Source: Nemertoderma westbladi
Taxonomy: Eukaryota; Animalia; Xenacoelomorpha
Direction: 5' to 3'
Length of the DNA: 64,000 bases
Assembly (NCBI GenBank): GCA_032718475.1
Contig: JAUCBJ010000137.1
Span: forward strand, 38,805 to 102,804
The position numbers and the translations under genes were made by a program. Numbering within the stretch: the stretch's first letter is position 1; each line of letters opens with the position of its first letter. The notes beneath the pieces were generated by a model that worked only from the letters and a program-made list of their open reading frames with translations, was not told where the DNA came from and did not search any database. This document shows, piece after piece, positions 12,001-21,339 of this stretch.

Positions 12001-13542
12001 TCTAGGAGAAGAGTAACACCGGTGTGTTACACTGACGACGGCGAAAGCCAAGCTTCTCAAGAAGAGGACAGCGGGAAAGACACTGACCGATCTTACTACG
12101 TTAGCAAAACCTCAAAGGACGTAAGTAAATACAAGGCTCGAACCAAAGATAGGAGAGAACAGGTTGCCAAGACTCCTCCTCAGTCTCCTAACAGAATGCA
12201 CGGAAGAAAGACCGAAGAAAGAACGAGAGTGCATCAAGTTACCCAAGGTAAAGTGAGTAACATCAAACCAAACTGTGCGCTGTGCGACGGGACCCACCGT
12301 TTGAGTGCGTGTGCTGAATTTCTAAAGAAATCCCTTGTAGACAGACGTGCAGTCATGTGGGATAAGCGGTTATGCTATAATTGCCTCAGATCAGGACACC
12401 AACGGCGAACCTGTTACTCCGACGTAAAGTGTGCAAAGTGTGGCGCGAAACATCACATCTTGTTACACAGTGAGTTCGAACGAGACAACCCGAGTCAGGT
12501 AAGTGAGCCCGAACTACATGTCCAATTCAGTGATGTAAATGACACTGATCAAGAATCTGAGATGGAAGGATTCTATACGGACGAATTCTCCGACGCCAAC
12601 GAATCCTGTTACCTAATAAATACCGCAGTGTATCGAGCACTTACGTATGAAAAGGACACTGACAATGAGTTCCCCCCAACTACCTTTGACAGACAACCAT
12701 CTTGGAAAGCGCCAACTTCCAACGTAGGAATCAGAGAATTTCCTGTAGTACAGGTAAGAGTTCACGGTCCTAACAAAAGTTACATAGTGAACGCCCTCCT
12801 TGACTCCGGCAGCACAGGAACATTCATCGATCAAGAACTAGCCGAAGATATCTTTGCTGGACAACCCAAATTCCGGACTAAATTGAATATGTCAGGAATT
12901 ATGCAGGTTTGGAAATCTACCCTAACAGCAGATTACTATGTAGGTGTGTTGTCCACCCCCCAGGATAAATTAGGAGCACAAGGTATAAGGTCGGTAAAAA
13001 TGGTGGCTATAAAGAACTTCGCTACTACCCAAGCAGACCTTTATAATTGGGACGAGGATGAGAGCATCCAACATCTTAAGATACCTCGATTCCAGACAGA
13101 TTATCCTGGAGTGCAAATACTCATCGGCCAAAACGCGCATGAGGCGCTCGAGACATTGGAGAAACGGCCTGCTCAACCGCAGCCACTGCAAACCTATGCG
13201 GTAAGAACTAGAGTAGGTTGGTACTTTACTGGCCCTTCCCGCAGAACTCTCGAAGAGAGAATGCCACAAGAACGAATATACCAAGTAAACGATTGGGAAG
13301 TGGAGAGCAGTGAGGTGGAAGAACTAACTGAGGGAACACCATACTCCTCAGATAATGACGACATCTACCAACACTTCGATGAAGAGAACACAATCGACCT
13401 ACTTACAGAAAACAAAACGTGGAAAAACCAGGTGAACCTATGTCAACTGATTCGCCCATCTGGACCCATTGATTACAATGACGAACTAAATGATGAGATA
13501 GAGCGCTACAACGCTAGAACTCGGGACGAACTCGCCGTATGA
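9097..13542 (+). CDS. gag: Element A Gag + aspartic protease (1481 aa)
   Basis: BEL gag core (KFNGDEMKWLPF...LSNGEKLRFLIKCLEG); knuckles CALCDGTHRLSAC, CYNCLRSGHQRRTC, CAKCGAKHHILLH; protease ALLDSGSTGTFI; Ala-rich coiled-coil repeats. Confidence 0.95.
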   Translation: MSDTQQNLSDSLIDTTICDTDRSVQRLRKGFSSPPTERKVIPPVVVSDPRLIQHRRSIIGTRAQVKRNQEAAVQQQQHPSQETCSQRPDTSSSSDTVELTPERGVQMAATAYSDPLLTLPAAVLTTILIAVEEHQADWARSKRATQDSYAGYAREELMSIVESQWNFPRPGLPLDLSEATWEDIHRMGVTKDTMDPAVWKRSAAGYVQGFFGSLERLEEQLFRQPQGPQEQEELLYQVRERTLRIRLILSAFEETSKRRQDTSLQVAVKTWFQWVGLKEQETAQWKSQLAERPTYEEPTDATLSQEESEGIAERPRTRDAIDIYLSDYQRFLGDEELRRRLAGLRPNSEGAKLVLDSIDAEMSAANQAKFDEKLRLARVQEEQVKKKRIEGRKAVAAAKAAASVEEAKAAAAVEAAEAKAAAAVEAAKAAAAMALAEAEQRASEETTQLELENLQETQDCINKQLTASQMQMRSRSTPKRQGYTSSEEGETTDPEGGGNRSHLSRRRKTYHRHQLPDLPPAVRRQLTSTDLGSTEPTDQIIKVKGLPTIVDEPEIIRPVVPKSTPVLETPVLPELNSKFPLHSTTLPVPGRTVHANIPVLGTEREIKDLSPVVPLRPATMLATPASAVEWVEEGWRGMNLLLGQMQETVHQLKGTVRESRLELQDVQQSITLERDKLVNIQKGIPIPPVALCQPVRSEVLHAQGVEPTRIYTASEVETPIANPIKGDYKPVVNDIPYRPDNDPRNLYTDNSILNNTMAQESFTRQMARTEARQAVKVGEIVKFNGDEMKWLPFNEYYKDSIQNSVLSNGEKLRFLIKCLEGPPKLMALKFIGHPEGLRQVWDTLNIRYGNKDNIAKYLYAKLVAPRNFLSSGIIEFSDEIQEICRQLDWLGKSHEYQSSMVIGAVVSTLPKGGVCTHWDKKVLYMNEQQRRSPTMADLMSFLDGEVKLQLIKQSREKTSENKVSEKPVSRRRVTPVCYTDDGESQASQEEDSGKDTDRSYYVSKTSKDVSKYKARTKDRREQVAKTPPQSPNRMHGRKTEERTRVHQVTQGKVSNIKPNCALCDGTHRLSACAEFLKKSLVDRRAVMWDKRLCYNCLRSGHQRRTCYSDVKCAKCGAKHHILLHSEFERDNPSQVSEPELHVQFSDVNDTDQESEMEGFYTDEFSDANESCYLINTAVYRALTYEKDTDNEFPPTTFDRQPSWKAPTSNVGIREFPVVQVRVHGPNKSYIVNALLDSGSTGTFIDQELAEDIFAGQPKFRTKLNMSGIMQVWKSTLTADYYVGVLSTPQDKLGAQGIRSVKMVAIKNFATTQADLYNWDEDESIQHLKIPRFQTDYPGVQILIGQNAHEALETLEKRPAQPQPLQTYAVRTRVGWYFTGPSRRTLEERMPQERIYQVNDWEVESSEVEELTEGTPYSSDNDDIYQHFDEENTIDLLTENKTWKNQVNLCQLIRPSGPIDYNDELNDEIERYNARTRDELAV

Positions 13543-16308
13543 TTCTTTACTCAAGAATTGGTAGAGCCCAATTCATACGATAAGGCCCTATCGATAGAAG
13601 AAGAAAGAGCCAAGCAAATCCAGGAAACATCTACCCGTTTTTTAAAAGATCAAGGCAGATATGAAATCGGCCTACCATTGCGAAAACGAGAACCTAGATT
13701 TATAAATAACAGACCCTTGGCAGAGAAAAGAATCACTCAATTACATCGACGCCTTACGGCTAACGCTTCAGCTAAAGAAATGTACCAAACTCAATTGAAG
13801 AAATTTATTACAAAGGGATACGCGGAGCGAGTACCGGAAGGAACACCAGTAACTGAGAGAACGTATTACTTAACACATCATTACATTCCCAAACCCGGTA
13901 AACCCCATGAAGTACGAGTCGTATTCGATGGCTCTGCTCTATATATGGGCCAATCCCTCAATTCCGAGTTGTTACCAGGACCCAACTTACTCCAATCCTT
14001 GTTGGGAATACTTTTAAGATTAAGACAATATTCCATCGCGTTCGCCTCCGATATAGAAGGAATGTTCTTACAAGTCAAGGCGCTGGATAGAGATAGAGAC
14101 AGCCTGAGATTTCTGTGGTGGCCTGAAGGAGATCTCAACCAGAAACCGGTAGAGTACTGGATGACCATCCAGGCTTTTGGGATCATATCAAGCCCTTCCA
14201 ACGCCTGCTCCGTGGTGCGGACCACTGCGAATGACAACCAAGACGCCTTCTCAAAAGAGGTGATAGACAACATCAAGCGTAATATATACATGGACTATAA
14301 TTTAAGGTCCCTTCCATCAGTAGAAGAAGCCATTGATGTCGCGAAAGGAACGGTAGAGTGTTTGAAAAGAGGTGGATTTCGACTGACGAAATTCACTAGC
14401 AACTCCCGTGAGTTTCTGGAAGCGATACCGGTAGAAGACCGAGGAGCGAAAGACCTAGACTTAATAAAGGATGATCTTCCAGAAACCAAGACGCTTGGCT
14501 TGAAGTGGGACACTGAAAGAGATATCCTGTTTTTTCAGCTAAAACAGCGAGATAATCCAGTTCAGACCAAACGGATTTGTTTAAGTATCCTGAGCACTTA
14601 TTTCGACCCATTGGGATTTATTAGCCCAGTTATATTGATTGCTCGGAGTTTAGTACAACAAATGTGGCTTGAAAACCACTCATGGGACGATCCACTTAAG
14701 GGAGAACTGTTAAAGAAATGGATGAAATGGGAAGATTCTCTACCTGCCATCGAGAGCTTTGTAATTTCCCGTGCATATTTTGGTCATGTTCTTCCTACGT
14801 ATTCCTATCAACTCCATGTGTTTGGAGACGCCAGCGACATGGGAATAGGTATAGTAGCATATCTGCGAGTCGAAACTCCTGATGGAATCAAAGTCGCCTT
14901 GGTTACCTCTAAGGCATTGATTAACAACAAGTTAAAGGTTCCTCGAGCGGAGTTAAAAGCTGCTTTATACGCTACAGCCATCGGCCGGAACGTAACAGAA
15001 CAAATCGACTATTCACTGGAGAAAACTGTTTATTGGACCGACGCCTTACTCGTGTTGGAGTATATAACCAATGAAGTCTGTCAGTTCAGCGTTTTTGTTA
15101 CTAACAGGGTAGCTATTATTCTTAGTCGCACAAAGATAGATCAATGGAGACATTGCCCTGGTACGATTAATCCAGCCGATATCGCCTCCAGGGGAGCGAC
15201 TCCACAGGAACTGATAGATACTCCAGACTGGTTGAGTGGACCCGACTTCCTGAGTAAGGAAGAGGATGAATGGCCTCCTCACCTTACTACTGCGGAGATT
15301 AGACAAGCCAAGGGAGCGGAGAAAGTCAAACCTAAAACCCGGGCGAGTAAATCGAAGTTATTTAAACCGACGATCGATCTATCTGTATTACATACTTCCG
15401 GAAACGATGCTTCGGATCCACAATCCCTCGCCACAAATAAGTCTGTTGTGGAAATTAGAGATAGAGATTGGAAATCTGGAACACCAGACGTCTCGCAAGG
15501 AATCTCACCCCTGCTGCAGAGAGCAATGCATAACTACAGTTCCTGGAATCGGCTCTGTAAAGCCGTCACATATTTAAGGCAATGTTTTCATCATCACTAC
15601 TCCAAGACGAAGACCATTAGTGATAACGCTCCATTGACATCTGCGCAAGTTCATGTTATTAAAAATTTACCCAAATATAAGACATCCGACCGGTTTCTAA
15701 AGGAAAAAATCAGTTACCAAGAGCATGAAGAAACCAATAAGCAGATACTGAGACTCCTGCAATGCTATGAGGATTCCGATAAGTACTTCCTGTTGTTGAG
15801 AAATCCGCAGATGCGCTTAAGGGATCGCTTCTCTAGCACAATGATAGATGGGTTAATACGTGTTGGAGGAAGGCTCACCAATGCGCCATTATCCTTTGAC
15901 ACTAAATTCCCCACACTCATTAGAAATCTTGAAGTACAAATCAAGATGATTGTAGATGTTCACAGTAAACTTTATCATGCTGGTAGAGAACGAGTTCTTA
16001 GCGAAATTCGAACTCGCTATTATTTTGATAAACCCCGTAGAGCTCTGAACCAAGTTCTTAGGAACTGCATACCCTGTAGGAAAGCATTCAGTAGGCCTTT
16101 AACACAGCGAGAGGCAGAATTACCTAGGGAACGAGTAAGCTTCTATGAACCACCTTTTACCAATACTGGTGTAGATTTATTTGGCCCTATTGAAGTATAT
16201 CGTGCTAGGACTATAGTCAAGAGATGGTGTGTCATCTTCGTATGCATGACTTGTAGAGCCATCCATCTCGATATGGTGAACGATCTATCTACCAACAGCT
16301 TCGTCTTA
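13543..16308 (+). pseudogene. pol: Element A RT, RNase H and N-terminal integrase; in frame after a TGA; RT motif YMDY; cut by B
   Basis: RVVFDGS, SLNSELLPGPNL, SDIEGMFLQV, NIYMDY (second catalytic Asp lost), HVFGDAS, PRAEL, WTDA, NPADIASRG, HHCC motif, GVDLFGP. Confidence 0.95.
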
Positions 16309-18325
16309 TGTTAAACAAACTACCCCGGCCTAACCAATAAAGACACAAAACTGCTCTATTTATTAGACAGGGCAATCAGGAGCGTATTATTGCTAATGTG
16401 AGGGGCTGCTAAATACAAAACCGCTACTTACCATTAGATGGCGCTAACCTGCCGTCCGCTAATATGTTTTACTAATTTTCTACGGCTCCTGCTAATTTCT
16501 TGTTCCTTTCTCTACCAATTACTCGATAGAGAGCTAACTGTTCGAATATATGAGCCACGCGGGAATAACCAAAACAACAAACCCGAATCGGCTCCCTAAG
16601 CTGACTTAAAACGAGTGTGAGAGGTTTTACACTCAGAGTATATTCTTACGCCTAATCTTACTGTTAAAGTACGCCAATGCCTACGTCTTTTCTAATCGCG
16701 AATACTGGGGGTTCCCTAACGGAATGTGTGAATGCGAGAATATTTAAAATAATCAAAGTGGTACAGTGTTTATTAGGGCTAATACCTATAGTGGGACTAA
16801 ACTTGTCTGCGGCTGGCTTTAGGCCAGCAAATTACTAATGCGTTTTGCGTACTGAATACTGCTATCTAGCTTATTGCCCGCTAATTCAAATAACCGCCCA
16901 GCGTGAATAGTTAACGGTACTCTAATTATTACCTTAGCTACTCTCCGCTATGCTGCGTACTAATTCTTAATTTTACTAATTAATTACAGTCACAAATATG
17001 TAACAGCCTAAAATACTGTATTACTTTGACCTAATCAGTAATTATTTACAGTAAACTAAGAGATAGAAATCAATCAAAGGGAAAAGAGCGCCTATCTAAG
17101 CATTCGTAATCTTAGGCACACTTTAGTAACACACCAATCAGCGTCAGCAATCACAGCTCGCAATGCGCGATTCGCAATTGTACAATCCGCAATGCACGCA
17201 ATTCGCAATTACACAGCACAATATAATAATTCGCAATACATGCAATTCGCAATTGTAAAGCACGCAGACCTCTCCCAGGTACATCTAGGCTTCCTAACTA
17301 ACCCAATTTCTGCCCCCTAACGCTACAAATTGAGACAAAATCTGGATCATCAGCCCCCTAATTACTGTACCAGCGAGCTGCCCCCACGATACAATGCAAA
17401 TTGCCCGACCGCAACGGTGACCCCCCGCCAGCGTTGCTCGCCTTTGAATCCTCCGCTCCCTTCGTCGCTAACCCCCCGATGTGCCCACCGCCTACTGGCA
17501 CCTTAGCCCTCCATTATGCTAATAGCTACCGTAGCGGCGCATGCAAATCACAAAGTCTGACAGTCTAAAGAAATCCCGTGGGATTATTGCGTAGAAAGGA
17601 ATCACATAGAACCATTAACAAAAGGTAGAAATCATAGTTCCGGTTGTAATTAGCAGTAATCGATAGGATTAATTGAGAAACACAATCAAGAATAATCGCA
17701 CTAGCAAATCATTTTAAGAAATTAATCGAAAATAGCAAATTGCAGAAATACGCTAAAATATCCGTCAAAAAGGTGAATAGGGACAGCTCAGCAAGTACAG
17801 GGGTGATAGCATGAGCTCTACCGGCAAGCCGCCAATTTATAGGTGATCCGAATGGGGTGATGCAATAGGGTGACTCAATCGCTCTCCTATTGGCTCTCCA
17901 GTCCGCGCTAGCATTAGACCAAGCTGGAAGCAGTTAGTCCAATAAGGAGGCCGGATTGTAGCCCTATTGCTGCCCAAACCTCAAATTATTACCATATATG
18001 GTAATGGATCATGTCCCTGGCTGCTGAATGGCCAGGACAGCGTCCCTATATGCTAGCCCTATTGATGCTAATATCAGCAAGCACAAAATCCAGGGTCCGA
18101 CTAAACTTGCTACCCTGGAACTATCTACATATATCCTAAAACAAAATTACGTAGGTAGGGCTACATATTATACAAAATGGATGGATTCAAATATATGGGC
18201 GTTTTGGTTTCCTTATCTAAATGTCACCGCACTGTGCCTTATCTAAATAATTATACTGCACAATAACAAACATATTATACTGTATGATGGCTAATAATGT
18301 GGATACAGCGCCATATACCGTAACA
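16309..18325 (-). repeat. 3' LTR of element B (2017 bp)
   Basis: Direct repeat of 30828-32843; preceded on the minus strand by the PPT. Confidence 0.97.
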
Positions 18326-18332
18326 CCGCTCC
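18326..18332 (-). promoter_or_regulatory. Short polypurine tract of B (GGAGCGG)
   Basis: Plus-strand CCGCTCC abuts the LTR; same heptamer as A's PPT at 39662-39668. Confidence 0.75.
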
Positions 18333-19587
18333 AAGGGAAATCATACAATGTTTCCCTCCAATTGTAGAAGAGTATAAGGTGATGTATACAAAACAAAATA
18401 AATTTCTTTCAAATAATCTAAAATAACTTGATACTATAATAATGATGCTACTATTTACAAATATTGCCATAGATATTGCATAATGATTACTACATACAAA
18501 TTAAATTTACAAAATATTATCTCTCTTACTGTTTAACGATAATTACATACAAATTAAATTTACAAAATATTGTTTCTCGTTCGTTCTACATAATTACATA
18601 CATACAAAATACAGGTAACTACATACAAAATTAAAATTACAAAAATATTATCTCTTTCATGTCCCCCATTTCCCATCTCAAATTAACGATCAACATTAAC
18701 AAGATAAACTAAATATAAACGTATTTGAGGCTAGATTTTTAACTAAATTGCATTAAAGGCCGATAATCAAACTAAATATAAAATACGTAATAATTTCTTT
18801 CATTTTCGGACTTTACTTAATTTCTTATAAAAAACGCAAATCATCTTGGTTTGATGATTGCTCAGGTAAGTGAAAGGAGTAAGCCAAACCCGCGGGTTTG
18901 TCTCCCCAATCACTTCCTTTGCCTCTTTCAATAAACTTTAGAGCAAATAAAGTCATATACACAAAATCAAATATAGTATAGGCTCAAAATCATATTTCCA
19001 ACGGACTATAAAATAAAATTATTTCCTTCCAATATTTTTGGCCTTCGAAAATAAAATTCTAAAATATGGATATGACTAGTGTATATGAGTCCAGTCGAAT
19101 GATTGATCAAAACCTACGATATACATCAGAGCGACGATGATGTATATGTCTAGAGTCTGTCGCTCCGTGATATTATAGTCTCATCGGCTAGCTCCTGGGT
19201 CTCTCGGGCTCGCTCCCTTCTCCAGATACACCAGTCTACCCCCTGTAGACTCTGTTGACGGCGTCCTTGAGGCGTCACTTCCCGGAACCGGCGACGACGT
19301 TCCCTGGGCACCGACTATCTCCCGACTGGTGCTCCTCCCTCGGCCTCGTCCCATTTGCCGTGTCCCTGTGGGCGCCTCCGCCAACTCCTCTTTCTTCAAC
19401 TATAGAATGGGACTGCTCGTCCTTGGCTTGACGCTTGCCAAGGACTCCTCCTTCTGGTACTTGCCGCGAGCTGTGAGCTCCGGCTGTTGTCTCTGTGGGC
19501 GCGGCGGTCCTGATCCTCCACTCGTTCAGAGGTCAATGACCCCAAACGAGTCTCCTTAGGCCGCCAATTGTGCGCTGGGTAATAAAT

Positions 19588-20579
19588 CTAGACGTATATA
19601 TCAGAGCGACGATGATATATAAAGGATTGGACATATTCGGGCTTAGTAATGCGTTCGTCGAAACTTCCCGAAATAATTTGGAGTAAATATCGTATAAACC
19701 GCGGATCGTGGGTATAGTTAGTAGACGGATGGACGGCGCGAATCTCGTCTGGATACTCAGGCGTGAGCTTCCTCTCCTGGTGAAGCGAAGTGAACGTGAT
19801 CCAGGAACTCGAGTCCCGTGCCGCTTCGCGCCGCGCCTCTAGGTCCTTATAGGCTCGGTATAGCGAAATGGCCGCTGCCGTCTCTATCAAACTGGGTGTC
19901 GAACAGGGTTTAATCTCCGTATATGGATCTAAAGTCGTAACGGTCGGCGTAATGGGTCTCGGAGGTCGCTTTCCGCTGAAGTCGATACTGATCATCGGGT
20001 GCTCATCGGGTAACCTCCCTCGTTATATCTAAGGAACTGGTGAGCTTGACATCGCGTTAATATCGGTTCTGGATGTTGCTCGTCTAGTCGGTCGGGAATC
20101 GCCACGTCTTGCTTATTCATGCATTCACCACACTTGTAGAACAGCTTGAACACGCTGAAGACTTTCGGCGTCTCCTGATCCTCGCCTCGAGTCCTCCGGT
20201 ACAGATGCATTCCGTCGAACTGATCTCGGATTGCAGGTAGAGGTTCTTCGTGTCGTAAATACATATTCATATGGTACAGTCGTGCGATCTCCTCATCCGG
20301 GTCTGCACAAATGTCACATACGTCCAAAGCGAAGTCGTAAGGATACCGAGTGCGATACTCTCTCCGCAAAACTTCCATCCGGTCCCCCAACGCTCTCATT
20401 CTTTCCCTCCGTAATTCCTTATCATAAGTCGGTTTATATTTTCCGTTTAGCTCCATCACGGACCGCCCATGGTAGTAAACGTTAGAGTCTTTACATCCTG
20501 GTCGCGCGAATGGTAGCTCCGCCTCCTCTCTGGCAGTAAATCCTCTGCGCGGTTGCGCTCTAATATCCTTCTCCATCAT
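19588..20579 (-). CDS. Element B accessory ORF3 (195 aa + 135 aa, AUGA overlap/frameshift at ~19995); homologous to the N-terminal part of A ORF3
   Basis: TRYP...DPDEEIARLYHMNMYL...PLPAIRDQF...FYKCGEC...RCQAHQFLRY then PMI...RPP...TLDP align with A ORF3. Confidence 0.85.
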
Positions 20580-21339
20580 GCCTCGCGTATATACATATAT
20601 ATATATCCCAATAAGTGCCGTTACGTAACCAATTACACTGTGGGTAAATCAGTTAGATGTCGCCGAAGGACAGACCTCCCGAACCCCCCCGCCTTCCAGC
20701 AGTTCAGGTTCGACTCTCTAGATCCCGTATCTTCCTAACTAACTATCCTCTAACCTATTCCCATGCATAGCGCAAAAACTTTGGAGATAAACTGGCCGTG
20801 ACCAACTCACTTTTTGATGCCCAAACTACTCCCATTACTCGTACTAAACTACAGTAGTTAGAAAGGACTATAGCCACAATACTCGACTATACCAAACCCA
20901 CAGGTTTGATAATCGAACATCACACATCCTGCAAACTACTGAGTGGGGTCCATGTACGCCTCTGGTGCTACTAACCTTTAGCACCTTAGTTGCACTGTTG
21001 GCACCAATCTGTGGAAGTTGCTAAACTCAATTTACACTCCTACGTAATATAGCCGTCACCATGGTTTTCTAAATGCTATTTTCCAGGCTTCACGACTTTT
21101 CAAATTACTGTTTATCTATAGACGAATTCTAAAACGCGTCTATACACAGCGTCTGGAATTGTCTTGGGTTCACTTTTCTAAATTTTTAAAATTTTAATTT
21201 TTCCAAAAATTTTGAAGATAAAATTTTGTTTTTTGATACCCACCAGACAAAACTTAACGCAAATCACCACAACCCCGCTCCTATGCATTTCCTTGTATTT
21301 GCATACGAGGAATGCATACGAAGTGAGTTGCGTCCAACA

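Noticed and set aside
18028-18246. Short ORFs inside LTRs (also 32516-32764, 6484-6684, 40579-40779)
   Set aside because: Duplicated only because the LTRs are; no recognisable motifs.
19181-19587. Possible R/S/G-rich continuation of B ORF3
   Set aside because: Coding-like composition, but stops and an ambiguous frame prevent a reliable reconstruction.
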